A DNA stretch of 64,000 bases, taken from assembly GCA_964016885.1 (NCBI GenBank), contig OZ024742.1, forward strand, positions 221,464,001 to 221,528,000, given 5' to 3'. Position numbers and translations under genes: made by a program. The stretch comes from Eledone cirrhosa (lineage: Eukaryota). The notes under the pieces were generated by a model. That model searched no databases. It was not told where the DNA came from and was given only the letters and a program-made list of their open reading frames with translations. The first letter of the stretch is position 1. Each line of letters opens with the position of its first letter. Below are positions 1 to 13,473 of this stretch, one piece after another.

Positions 1-289
1 TAAAAAAAAAAGAAGCTTTTTTGACTGAGATCAAGTCTTTGAGAACATTCACGTCTATTTTTCAAAAATATATAATTTGAAATAGTTTGCTTTTGTTTTG
101 GACTGAAACTTTTTTGTATTTAATTTGTACGAGTATTTTTTAAAGATTCTAACACAACTTGATTTGGCCCAGTAATCAACTGATATCTACGGGTATCCGG
201 CCTGATTATTTCTATGTCCCCGCACATATATACACACATGTATACATGTACATACATATATACATAGGTATATACATATTTACACATTT

Positions 290-480
290 TTAGATGGCCG
301 TTGACTCTTATGAATTCTTCCGCCCTTTGAGCGGTTTTGTTTTTTGTCTTGCAGGGTGTCTAAAATCACCCTCCTCACCAAGGAAACTTGGTGGGGGTCG
401 CCAGTTTAGTTGCTGACGGCCCAACCATGCGACAGGTTTTGCTGGTTTACATGTTACCAGTAGCACTCAAGTGACCTGAC
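290..480 (-). repeat. Dispersed repeat of unknown class; an inverted homologue lies at about 15111-15278
   Basis: gatggccgttgactc...catgttaccagtagcact...cctgac is the reverse complement of gtcagg...agtgctactggtaacatg...gagtcaacggccatc at 15.1-15.3 kb. Confidence 0.6.
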
Positions 481-542
481 ACATATACACACACACACAT
501 ATATATATACACACATACACATACATATATATAAATGTATAT

Positions 543-2001
543 AAAGTTGGCGTCCATCAGGGCTCTGTTCTCAGCCCCTTACTATTTATTATTGCCCTTC
601 AGGCTATAACAGAGGAGTTCAAGACCGGCTGCCCATGGGAACTCCTATACGCAGACGACCTGACACTCATAGCGGAATCAATGGCCGAGCTAGAGAAGAA
701 ATTCCAAACATGGAAGCACGGCCTAGAATCAAAAGGACTTAAAATTAACCTGGCTAAGACTAAAGTTCTAGTTTGTAGGAAAGAAAATAAGGCGGCGGTC
801 CCTTCTGGGAAATGGTCGTGCTCGGTGTGTAGGAAAGGCGTAGGTAGAAACTCCATTTTATGTCCTAAATGCAAAGTATGGGTGCATAAAAGATGTAGTG
901 GGATCACAGGCAAGCTAACTAAGAACATAGATTTTACATGTGGCCAGTGCTCTGGTGCAATAAGTAGCAGCAAGTGCCCACAAAATACTAGCTCTTTCAA
1001 TTGCGCAGAGGGTTCTATAGAAATAGTGGACAGCTTCCGTTACCTGGGTGATAAAATCAGCAGTGGGGGAGGGTGTTCTGAAAGTACAGTAGCTAGAGTC
1101 AGAACTGGTTGGAAAAAGTTCAGAGAGCTTATACCACTATTAGCTGCTAAAGGGTTCTCCCTAAAAATGAAAGGCAGGTTGTACGATGCCTGCATACGAA
1201 CAGCAATGTTGCATGGCAGTGAGACCTGGGCATTGTGTGCAGAGGATATACGCAGACTAGAGAGGAACGAAGCTTGCATGCTCCGCTGGATGTGTAACAG
1301 TAATATACGTGAACGGCAAAGCATAAACGAACTAAGGAAAAAATTAGAAATAAGAGGGATCAGATGTTGTTTACTCGAGAGAAGGCTACGTTGGTATGGA
1401 CACGTGATGCGCATGAAAGTCGATAGCTGCATAACAAAGTGCAGGGCAATAAAGATAGACGGTAGCCACGGAATAGGCAGACCTAGAAAAACCTGGGATG
1501 AGCTGATAAACTCCGACCTCACACACTTACACCTCTCCAAGACAATGTCACTGGACCGAGACCTTTGGCGGTACTCAGTAACAGAGAAGACCCGCCTTAC
1601 CTAAATACATAGTAAAACCTACTACAGCCAGTAGGCATCTCTAACAAAATACACCCCCGTCCCACCACCACCACCCCCACCCCAGCCACACCACCCCGTT
1701 CTATGTAAAGTTATGTTGGTGCCACACCATCCAGGCCGAAACAAATGAGATTGTGTAGGTGTCCCGACAAAAAAACACACAGTCCACGCTGTAATGTGGC
1801 CGTGTAGGCAACACGGTAAAAACCTCCCAGACCCACACTGTAAATGTGGTTGGTGTTAGGAAGGGCATCCAACTGTAGAAAACCTGCCAGACAGTCCTAT
1901 GCGAGCAAGACAATCACTCTTGCCTCAAGTGGGACTAGCCCCGTCCAAACCCACGCAAGCGTGGAACACGGACGTTAAACGTTGATGATGATGATGATGA
2001 T
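543..2001 (+). mobile_element. 5'-truncated RTE-clade LINE (RT C-terminal half, 3' UTR, (GAT)n tail)
   Basis: Frame KVGVHQGSVLSP...YADD...GRPRKTW runs to a stop at 1604; near-identical to 19900-21354; ends in gatgatgat. Confidence 0.92.
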
Positions 2002-2030
2002 ATACAAAATGTAGTTTGCTTGAAGCATTG

Positions 2031-4084
2031 TATATAATATATAACATTGAAAGAGATAGAAGGCTAAACAATGAAAAATGTAAGTTACCTGGTAATTTTT
2101 CTTCTTCTTGTTGTTGTCCTTTTATCTGTCCAATATTTTGGGACCTAAAAGTCCCTTCTTCAGGGTTTAGGGAACTTTCAGTGTATAATATTCCATAGAA
2201 AGACTACATCACCTACAACCTAACCAACTTAAACTCAACAGATATGCCTTTAGCCTTGACGTTGTCTCCGTCTACATGACAGTACCCGCTCATCCAGCAG
2301 TCAACCTAGTGACTGACTTCATCATTTCATACATGTACAGCTTCAACGTCACTCCACAAGACATACATCAGCTTCTATCTGTCATCATAGAAAATACATA
2401 TTTCACTTTCTACCACCACACATACAAACAAACAACAGGCCTACCCATGGGGTCCAGTCTTTGAGGCCTTCTAGCCATCACCTATATGAACCAACTGGAA
2501 CGTTGAGCACTCAACACCTGCCGCTCCTGTGTTTTCTTCACACGATACATAGATGATATACTCATCCTATGGAGGCACTTGGCTTAGTGGTTAGAGCATT
2601 GGTCTTGCAATCGAAAGGTTGTGAGTTCAAATCTCAGACCAGGTGATGTGTTGTTTCCTTGAGCAAGACACTTTATTCCACATTGCTCCAGTTTACTCAG
2701 CTGTAGAAATGAGATGATAGGGACTGGGGTCCATATCATTCCACTGTAAAGTGGTCGTGGAGGTGCCACGGCTAAAAAGCACCCAGCACTCACTGTAAAT
2801 GAGGTTGGTGTTAGGAAGGGCATCCAGCTGTAGAAATCGAGCCAGAATCAGTTCCCGTCCCACCCTTGCAAGCAGGGAAAAAGCGGACGTAAAATGAAAC
2901 GATGATGTTGATGATGATCCTCACATCATCCCGTGAAGAGGCTGACATAATATCTACGGCATTTTCAAACACAGATAACAACATACGATTTACCACAGAA
3001 CACCCCAATAAAAATGCTTCCTTGTTTCTGCTGGACTTCCAACTTGGAGTAACAGAAGAAGGTGCTATATACACCAACTTCTATAGGAAAGCTGCCAGCA
3101 GAGAACTGTTTGTGCATTATAGATCAGCCCTTCCTCTTGGTGCTAAAACCCGATACATAAGAAATGAACTTACGCATATCTGGACAGAGCAAGACAGAGG
3201 ACCAGATCACTCACACTACACACTTCATAGACGTACTGAAGACGAACGGATACCCAATATTCACAATGAGTTGACTTAATAATCAAAGGTGCCGCAGCCA
3301 TAAGACCTCCACTGACACCTGCTTCATGAAATTACCACATTTCAGCGAAAGCATAACCACAGCTATCCGCAAAGAAGGACTGGAATATACAATTAGCACA
3401 CTCCGGCCCTTCACTGCGTGGATACCTGTCTAAAAAGCAATCCAGAGAAAACAACAATCAATGCTTACTGACTAACTGCCCTATCCGCAATATCAGTATG
3501 TGCCAGCGGACACATGTGGGATACTGGATTGAATGTAACAAATGTAAGAAGTTCTACATTGGTAGCACGACTCAAGCACTCTACACTTGGATTAAAGAAC
3601 ACCTCAAAACACATACATCCTCATTAAAAAAACACATTGACAAATGTAAAAACATCAACTAACATATTACTGTTACTATTAAAGCCAGTGATAGAAATGT
3701 GCTTGACATAAAAAGACACACCCACAGACACACAAACTAACATCTCATACAAAAAAGAAAATTGATTTCCCCGAAATACTATATTGGCAATTGACATCAT
3801 TCACGTGGAAAGTGGAATAACCATAAAAAAACGCTTGAAAACGACTTAGAAAAAAATTTAAATCAAAATCAAAATTTAATCCCAAATAGAGGAAATTGAA
3901 ACATTATCCACCGAAAGTTCCTTAAAGAAGGGTCTTTTAGGTCCCGAAATATTGGACAGATAAAAGAAGAAGAACAACAACAACAACGAAAAAAAAACCA
4001 AAAAACTAAGATTACCAGGTAACTTTTACTTTTTGTTACCTCATCTTACAGTCCATTTTGCATTGTTTATCCTATCTCTTTCAA

Positions 4085-4090
<6 letters not shown>
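2031..4090 (+). mobile_element. Decayed Penelope-like element (RT + GIY-YIG endonuclease) with inverted pseudo-LTRs
   Basis: Broken frames encode FSLDVVS, YKQTTGLPMGS, RYIDDILIL, IRFTTEHP, FYRK and CNKCKKFYIGST; about 2031-2190 is the reverse complement of about 3903-4090. Confidence 0.85.
2571..2916 (+). mobile_element. tRNA-derived SINE with CORE-like centre and RTE-type 3' tail, inserted in the PLE RT
   Basis: A box TGGCTTAGTGG, B box GAGTTCAAATC, ccttgagcaagacactt core, ttaggaagggcatcca tail, (GAT)n end; ATCCT at 2564-2568 and 2917-2921. Confidence 0.8.
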
Positions 4091-4153
<63 letters not shown>

Positions 4154-4247
4154 CATGTAATGTAGGAGGTGAGTTTTATTGTAGCACAATAAAGCAATGC
4201 AAATATCGGATAAGTAGCACTCTACAGTTTGTAGGACTGGAGTATAA

Positions 4248-4452
4248 ATAATATAAGATCAAAAGATGGCTAAAAGAGTTCCAAGTATTTTATTATGCGC
4301 ATTTCAAAAACAAATATCATCATGAGATGATATCTGCGTTTTCATCAGATAAAATAGGGATACATGATATCATCTCATGATCATATTTGTTTTTGAAATG
4401 CACATAATAAAATACTTGGAACTCTTTTAACCATCTTTTGATCTTATATTAT
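4248..4452. repeat. Short inverted-repeat element, PLE pseudo-LTR type
   Basis: Arms 4248-4334 and 4366-4452 are reverse complements with a few mismatches; contains a hammerhead. Confidence 0.85.
4286..4356 (-). ncRNA. Type I hammerhead ribozyme, intact core
   Basis: Minus strand reads UAUUUUAU-CUGAUGA-long stem II-GAA-AUGCGCAU-A-AUAAAAUA: 8-bp stem I, palindromic stem III. Confidence 0.85.
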
Positions 4453-4610
4453 ATATACATGTATATACACAGGGCGGTGCCCCAGTATGGCATCAGTCGG
4501 ATGGCTGGAATAGGTAAAGGAGTATACATACATACATACATATATATATGTCCCACCCTTGCAAGAAGGGAAAAGCGGACATAAAAATGATGATGACACA
4601 CATATATAAG

Positions 4611-4812
4611 TGTGTGTATCCTGGGCTCAATCGGGGGTACCCACAGTGAGTAAGGTACTCAATACATAGCAGAGTATAAATTTAAAAAATAGAAATGGTT
4701 TCTATAGGACTAGAACTGTTTCATTCAAAGGAAATCATCAGGAAAGCCCTGATGATTTCCTTTGAATGAAACAGTTCTAGTCCTGTAGAAGATATTTCTA
4801 TATTAAAAAAAA
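4611..4812. repeat. Palindromic element with two outward-facing hammerhead-like cores; second family member at about 53968-54135
   Basis: Near-perfect palindrome 4700-4790; each arm reads CTGATGA-tttcctttgaat-GAAAC; gtactcaatacat and cccccgattga shared with the 54-kb copy. Confidence 0.7.
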
Positions 4813-4967
4813 ATATATATATATATATATATGAACACACACACACATATGATGTAGACATTGTCAGTTTCCACAATATGAGGAAATAGAGAGTTCCTAA
4901 ACAAGGTCTCAAAAAAGTACACTAGTACTAAGTATGTATGTGTGTATATATACACCTGTATATATAC

Positions 4968-5575
4968 AGGTGTTGGTGGTGGTGGTGGGGTATTGGTGGT
5001 GGGGTGTTGGAGGTGTTGGTGGTGGGGTGTTGGATGTGGTGGTGGTGGGGTGTTGGAAGTGGTGGTGGGGTGTTGGAGGTGGTGGTGGTGGTGGGGTGAT
5101 GGAGTGTTAGTAGAGGCTGTGGTGGTGGTGGTGGTGGGGTGTTGGAGGCATTGGTGTTGGTGGTGGGGTATTGGAAGCCGTGTGGTGTTGGTGGTGGAGT
5201 GATGGAGTGTTGGAGTGATGGAGTGTTGGTAGAGGCTGTGGTGGTGTGGTGGGATGTTGTAGGCAGTGGTGGTAGTGGTGGTGGTGTTAGTATGACACCG
5301 CACTAGATAGATGATACCTGCTTGGCTGGCTGCCTGCTTTCTAGGTTGTCTATCATATCTGTTGTGTTGTAGCAAGTGGGGGGATGGGGGGGGGGGGCAG
5401 GGTGCAGTAACGAGGGGAGAGGGTAGGCAGAGGTTACGGAAAAGTGAAATTTAAAACTAGAGGGTGGTGGTTGTGGTGATGGTGGGGGGTTGGTTGTTTT
5501 GGTGGGAGTGGTTGTAGGGTGGTTTTGGTATCAGTGGTGGTGGAGTGGTTTTGGTGGTGGGGTGGTTTTGGTGGC
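4968..5575 (+). repeat. Degenerate (GGT)n G-rich low-complexity tract
   Basis: Runs of ggtggtggtggggtgttgg. Confidence 0.85.
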
Positions 5576-5734
5576 AATGATGTGAGAGAAGGAGTAGAGG
5601 GGAGAGTTGGCTTTCTAAGCGTCTAGGAATGAACACTTGTATATCGATAATTGAATATTTAAACAGAATGTATATTATATATATGTGTGTCTAGGAATGA
5701 ATGTGTATATATGTATAAGTGTGTGTACATGTAT

Positions 5735-5788
<54 letters not shown>

Positions 5789-5967
5789 TTAAGTCTTTTT
5801 TTTTACTTTTTAGTCAGGGAGGGAATGGTAGTACCCATGACTCGTTTTTAGGGACTCTGAGGTTGGTGGGAGAGAGATGAGTAGGGGGCAGGATCTCATC
5901 CTCAGACGTTGAGTGCTGACTCAAGTACTTACAACAGAGTGAACTCTGCTAAAGACAGCACACGACA

Positions 5968-8900
5968 GGGTGACAGATTGTCTACTACCCACAGTAGAGA
6001 TGACACCCCAAAAACTAGATGATGTATGGCTGGGTGACAGATTGTCTACTACCCACAGTAGAGATGACACCCCAAGAACTAGATGATGGTGTATGGCTGG
6101 GTGACAGATTGTCTACTACCCACAGTAGAGATGACACCCCAAGGACCAGATGATGGTGTATGGCTGGGTGACAGATTGTCTACTACCCACAGTAGAGATG
6201 ACACCCCAAGAACTAGATGATGGTGTATGGGTGGGTGACAGATTGTCTACTACCCACAGTAGAGATGACACCCCAAGGACCAGATGATGGTGTATGGCTG
6301 GGTGACAGATTGTCTACTACCCTCAATAGAGATGACACCCCAAGGACCAGATGATGGTGTATGGGTGGGTGACAGATTGTCTACTACCCACAGTAGAGAT
6401 GACACCCCAAGAACTAGATGATGGTGTATGGGTGGGTGACAGATTGTCTACTACCCACAGTAGAGATGACACCCCAAGGACCAGATGATGGTGTATGGCT
6501 GGGTGACAGATTGTCTACTACCCTCAATAGAGATGACACCCCAAAAACTAGATGATGGTGTATGGGTGGGTGACAGATTGTCTACTACCCACAGTAGAGA
6601 TGACACCCCAAAAACTAGATGATGGTGTATGGGTGGGTGACAGATTGTCTACTACCCACAGTAGAGATGACACCCCAAGAACCAGATGATGGTGTATGGC
6701 TGGGTGACAGATTGTCTACTACCCTCAATAGAGATGACACCCCAAGAACCAGATGATGGTGTATGGCTGGGTGACAGATTGTCTACTACCCTCAATAGAG
6801 ATGACACCCCAAGAACCAGATGATGGTGTATGGCTGGGTGACAGATTGTCTACTACCCTCAATAGAGATGACACCCCAAGAACCAGATGATGGTGTATGG
6901 CTGGGTGACAGATTGTCTACTACCCTCAATAGAGATGACACCCCAAGGACCAGATGATGGTGTATGGCTGGGTGACAAATTGTCTACTACCCACAGTAGA
7001 GATGACACCCCAAAAACTAGATGATGGTGTATGGGTGGGTGACAGATTGTCTACTACCCACAGTAGAGATGACACCCCAAAAACTAGATGATGGTGTATG
7101 GGTGGGTGACAGATTGTCTACTACCCACAGTAGAGATGACACCCCAAGGACCAGATGATGGTGTATGGCTGGGTGACAGATTGTCTACTACCCTCAATAG
7201 AGATGACACCCCAAGGACCAGATGATGGTGTATGGCTGGGTGACAAATTGTCTACTACCCACAGTAGAGATGACACCCCAAAAACTAGATGATGGTGTAT
7301 GGGTGGGTGACAGATTGTCTACTACCCACAGTAGAGATGACACCCCAAAAACTAGATGATGGTGTATGGGTGGGTGACAGATTGTCTACTACCCACAGTA
7401 GAGATGACACCCCAAGGACCAGATGATGGTGTATGGCTGGGTGACAGATTGTCTACTACCCTCAATAGAGATGACACCCCAAAAACTAGATGATGGTGTA
7501 TGGCTGGGTGACAGATTGTCTACTACCCACAGTAGAGATGACACCCCAAGAACCAGATGATGGTGTATGGCTGGGTGACAGATTGTCTACTACCCTCAAT
7601 AGAGATGACACCCCAAGGACCAGATGATGGTGTATGGCTGGGTGACAGATTGTCTACTACCCTCAATAGAGATGACACCCCAAGGACCAGATGATGGTGT
7701 ATGGCTGGGTGACAAATTGTCTACTACCCACAGTAGAGATGACACCCCAAAAACTAGATGATGGTGTATGGGTGGGTGACAGATTGTCTACTACCCACAG
7801 TAGAGATGACACCCCAAAAACTAGATGATGGTGTATGGGTGGGTGACAGATTGTCTACTACCCACAGTAGAGATGACACCCCAAGGACCAGATGATGGTG
7901 TATGGCTGGGTGACAGATTGTCTACTACCCTCAATAGAGATGACACCCCAAGAACCAGATGATGGTGTATGGCTGGGTGACAGATTGTCTACTACCCACA
8001 GTAGAGATGACACCCCAAGGACCAGATGATGGTGTATAGCTGGGTGACAGATTGTCTACTACCCTCAATAGAGATGACACCCCAAGAACCAGATGATGGT
8101 GTATGGCTGGGTGACAGATTGTCTACTACCCACAGTAGAGATGACACCCCAAGGACCAGATGATGGTGTATAGCTGGGTGACAGATTGTCTACTACCCTC
8201 AATAGAGATGACACCCCAAGAACCAGATGATGGTGTATGGCTGGGTGACAGATTGTCTACTACCCACAGTAGAGATGACACCCCAAGGACCAGATGATGG
8301 TGTATGGCTGGGTGACAGATTGTCTACTACCCACAGTAGAGATGACACCCCAAGAACCAGATGATGGTGTATGGCTAGGTGACAGATTGTCTACTACCCT
8401 CAATAGAGATGACACCCCAAAAACTAGATGTCGGTGTATGGCTGGGTGACAGATTGTCTACTACCCACAGTAGAGATGACACCCCAAGAACCAGATGATG
8501 GTGTATGGCTGGGTGACAGATTGTCTACTACCCTCATTAGAGATGACACCCCAAGAACCAGATGATGGTGTATGGCTGGGTGACAGATTGTCTACTACCC
8601 ACAGTAGAGATGACACCCCAAGAACCAGATGATGGTGTATGGCTGGGTTACAGATTGTCTACTACCCTCAATAGAGATGACACCCCAAGAACCAGATGAT
8701 GGTGTATGGCTGGGTGACAGATTGTCTACTATCCACAGTAGAGATGACACCCCAAAAACTAGATGATGGTGTATGGGTGGGTGACAGATTGTCTACTACC
8801 CACAGTAGAGATGACACCCCAAGGACCAGATGATGGTGTATGGCTGGGTGACAGATTGTCTACTACCCACAGTAGAGATGACACCCCAAGAACCAGATGA

Positions 8901-11900
8901 TGGTGTATGGCTGGGTGACAGATTGTCTACTACCCTCAATAGAGATGACACCCCAAGAACCAGATGATGGTGTATGGCTGGGTGACAGATTGTCTACTAC
9001 CCACAGTAGAGATGACACCCCAAAAACTAGATGATGGTGTATGGGTGGGTGACAGATTGTCTACTACCCACAGTAGAGATGACACCCCAAAAACTAGATG
9101 ATGGTGTATGGGTGGGTGACAGATTGTCTACTACCCACAGTAGAGATGACACCCCAAGGACCAGATGATGGTGTATGGCTGGGTGACAGATTGTCTACTA
9201 CCCACAGTAGAGATGACACCCCCAAAACTAGATGATGGTGTATGGCTGGGTGACAGATTGTCTACTACCCACAGTAGAGATGACACCCCAAGAACCAGAT
9301 GATGGTGTATGGCTGGGTGACAGATTGTCTACTACCCTCAATAGAGATGACACCCCAAGAACCAGATGATGGTGTATGGCTGGGTGACAGATTGTCTACT
9401 ACCCACAGTAGAGATGACACCCCAAAAACTAGATGATGGTGTATGGGTGGGTGACAGATTGTCTACTACCCACAGTAGAGATGACACCCCAAGGACCAGA
9501 TGATGGTGTATGGCTGGGTGACAGATTGTCTACTACCCACAGTAGAGATGACACCCCAAGAACCAGATGATGGTGTATGGCTGGGTGACAGATTGTCTAC
9601 TACCCACAGTAGAGATGACACCCCAAGGACCAGATGATGGTGTATGGCTGGGTGACAGATTGTCTACTACCCACAGTAGAGATGACACCCCAAGAACCAG
9701 ATGATGGTGTATGGCTGGGTGACAGATTGTCTACTACCCTCAATAGAGATGACACCCCAAGAACCAGATGATGGTGTATGGCTGGGTGACAGATTGTCTA
9801 CTACCCTCAATAGAGATGACACCCCAAGAACCAGATGATGGTGTATGGCTGGGTGACAGATTGTCTACTACCCACAGTAGAGATGACACCCCAAGAACCA
9901 GATGATGGTGTATGGCTGGGTGACAGATTGTCTACTACCCTCAATAGAGATGACACCCCAAGAACCAGATGATGGTGTATGGCTGGGTGACAGATTGTCT
10001 ACTACCCACAGTAGAGATGACACCCCAAGAACCAGATGATGGTGTATGGCTGGGTGACAGATTGTCTACTACCCTCAATAGAGATGACACCCCAAGAACC
10101 AGATGATGGTGTATGGCTGGGTGACAGATTGTCTACTACCCACAGTAGAGATGACACCCCAAGGACCAGATGATGGTGTATGGCTGGGTGACAGATTGTC
10201 TACTACCCACAGTAGAGATGACACCCCAAGAACCAGATGATGGTGTATGGCTGGGTGACAGATTGTCTACTACCCTCAATAGAGATGACACCCCAAGAAC
10301 CAGATGATGGTGTATGGCTGGGTGACAGATTGTCTACTACCCTCAATAGAGATGACACCCCAAGGACCAGATGATGGTGTATGGCTGGGTGACAGATTGT
10401 CTACTACCCTCAATAGAGATGACACCCCAAGGACCAGATGATGGTGTATGGCTGGGTGACATATTGTCTACTACCCTCAATAGAGATGACACCCCAAGGA
10501 CCAGATGATGGTGTATGGCTGGGTGACAGATTGTCTACTACCCTCAATAGAGATGACACCCCAAGAACCAGATGATGGTGTATGGCTGGGTGACAGATTG
10601 TCTACTACCCACAGTAGAGATGACACCCCAAGAACCAGATGATGGTGTATGGCTGGGTGACAGATTGTCTACTACCCTCAATAGAGATGACACCCCAAGA
10701 ACCAGATGATGGTGTATGGCTGGGTGACAGATTGTCTACTACCCTCAATAGAGATGACACCCCAAGAACCAGATGATGGTGTATGGCTGGGTGACAGATT
10801 GTCTACTACCCTCAATAGAGATGACACCCCAAGGACCAGATGATGGTGTATGGCTGGGTGACAGATTGTCTACTACCCTCAATAGAGATGACACCCCAAG
10901 AACCAGATGATGGTGTATGGCTGGGTGACAGATTGTCTACTACCCACAGTAGAGATGACACCCCAAAAACTAGATGATGGTGTATGGCTGGGTGACAGAT
11001 TGTCTACTACCCTCAATAGAGATGACACCCCAAGGACCAGATGATGGTGTATGGCTGGGTGACAGATTGTCTACTACCCTCAATAGAGATGACACCCCAA
11101 GAACCAGATGATGGTGTATGGCTGGGTGACAGATTGTCTACTACCCTCAATAGAGATGACACCCCAAGAACCAGATGATGGTGTATGGCTGGGTGACAGA
11201 TTGTCTACTACCCTCAATAGAGATGACACTCCAAGAACCAGATGATGGTGTATGGCTGGGTGACAGATTGTCTACTACCCTCAATAGAGATGACACCCCA
11301 AGGACCAGATGATGGTGTATGGCTGGGTGACAGATTGTCTACTACCCTCAATAGAGATGACACCCCAAGAACCAGATGATGGTGTATGGCTGGGTGACAG
11401 ATTGTCTACTACACACAGTAGAGATGACACCCCAAGAACCAGATGATGGTGTATGGCTGGGTGACAGATTGTCTACTACCCTCAATAGAGATGACACCCC
11501 AAGAACCAGATGATGGTGTATGGCTGGGTGACAGATTGTCTACTACCCTCAATAGAGATGACACCCCAAGGACCAGATGATGGTGTATGGCTGGGTGACA
11601 GATTGTCTACTACCCTCAATAGAGATGACACCCCAAGGACCAGATGATGGTGTATGGCTGGGTGACAGATTGTCTACTACCCTCAATAGAGATGACACCC
11701 CAAGAACCAGATGATGGTGTATGGCTGGGTGACAGATTGTCTACTACCCACAGTAGAGATGACACCCCAAAAACTAGATGATGGTGTATGGCTGGGTGAC
11801 AGATTGTCTACTACCCTCAATAGAGATGACACCCCAAGGACCAGATGATGGTGTATGGCTGGGTGACAGATTGTCTACTACCCTCAATAGAGATGACACC

Positions 11901-13473
11901 CCAAGAACCAGATGATGGTGTATGGCTGGGTGACAGATTGTCTACTACCCACAGTAGAGATGACACCCCAAAAACTAGATGATGGTGTATGGCTGGGTGA
12001 CAGATTGTCTACTACCCTCAATAGAGATGACACCCCAAGGACCAGATGATGGTGTATGGCTGGGTGACAGATTGTCTACTACCCTCAATAGAGATGACAC
12101 CCCAAGAACCAGATGATGGTGTATGGCTGGGTGACAGATTGTCTACTACCCACAGTAGAGATGACACCCCAAAAACTAGATGATGGTGTATGGCTGGGTG
12201 ACAGATTGTCTACTACCCTCAATAGAGATGACACCCCAAGGACCAGATGATGGTGTATGGCTGGGTGACAGATTGTCTACTACCCTCAATAGAGATGACA
12301 CCCCAAGAACCAGATGATGGTGTATGGCTGGGTGACAGATTGTCTACTACCCTCAATAGAGATGACACCCCAAGGACCAGATGATGGTGTATGGCTGGGT
12401 GACAGATTGTCTACTACCCTCAATAGAGATGACACCCCCAGAACCAGATGATGGTGTATGGCTGGGTGACAGATTGTCTACTACCCTCAATAGAGATGAC
12501 ACCCCAAGGACCAGATGATGGTGTATGGCTGGGTGACAGATTGTCTACTACCCTCAATAGAGATGACACCCCAAGGACCAGATGATGGTGTATGGCTGGG
12601 TGACAGATTGTCTACTACCCTCAATAGAGATGACACCCCAAGAACCAGATGATGGTGTATGGCTGGGTGACAGATTGTCTACTACCCACAGTAGAGATGA
12701 CACCCCAAAAACTAGATGATGGTGTATGGCTGGGTGACAGATTGTCTACTACCCTCAATAGAGATGACACCCCAAGGACCAGATGATGGTGTATGGCTGG
12801 GTGACAGATTGTCTACTACCCACAGTAGAGATGACACCCCAAAAACTAGATGATGGTGTATGGCTGGGTGACAGATTGTCTACTACCCTCAATAGAGATG
12901 ACACCCCAAGGACCAGATGATGGTGTATGGCTGGGTGACAGATTGTCTACTACCCTCAATAGAGATGACACCCCAAGAACCAGATGATGGTGTATGGCTG
13001 GGTGACAGATTGTCTACTACCCTCAATAGAGATGACACCCCAAGAACCAGATGATGGTGTATGGCTGGGTGACAGATTGTCTACTACCCTCAATAGAGAT
13101 GACACCCCAAGAACCAGATGATGGTGTATGGCTGGGTGACAGATTGTCTACTACCCACAATAGAGATGACACCCCAAGAACCAGATGATGGTGTATGGCT
13201 GGGTGACAGATTGTCTACTACCCAGAGTAGAGATGACACCCCAAGGACCAGATGATGGTGTATGGGTGGGTGACAGATTGTCTACTACCCACAGTAGAGA
13301 TGACACCCCAAGGACCAGATGATCGTGTATGGGTGGGTGACAGATTGTCTACTACCCACAGTAGAGATGACACCCCAAGGACCAGATGATCGTGTATGGG
13401 TGGGTGACAGATTGTCTACTACCCTCAATAGAGATGACACCCCAAGAACCAGATCATTGTGTATGGCTGGGTG
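5968..13473 (+). repeat. 67-bp tandem satellite, about 112 copies
   Basis: Unit gggtgacagattgtctactacccacagtagagatgacaccccaagaaccagatgatggtgtatggct; starts at 6032 and 6099 give period 67. Confidence 0.97.

Noticed and set aside
1-20. Possible polypyrimidine tract of the next WASHC5 acceptor at the window edge
   Set aside because: The required G and the exon would lie outside the window and cannot be seen
599-1540. Recurrent antisense ORFs over RTE copies
   Set aside because: Shadows of the RTE coding strand, repeated because the copies are near-identical
2571-2642. Possible tRNA gene
   Set aside because: It is a SINE head: it continues into core and LINE-tail sequence, with a target duplication and no proper acceptor stem
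5968-13473. CRISPR-like or ribozyme-satellite reading of the 67-bp array
   Set aside because: No unique spacers, eukaryotic context, and no CUGANGA/GAAA core on either strand
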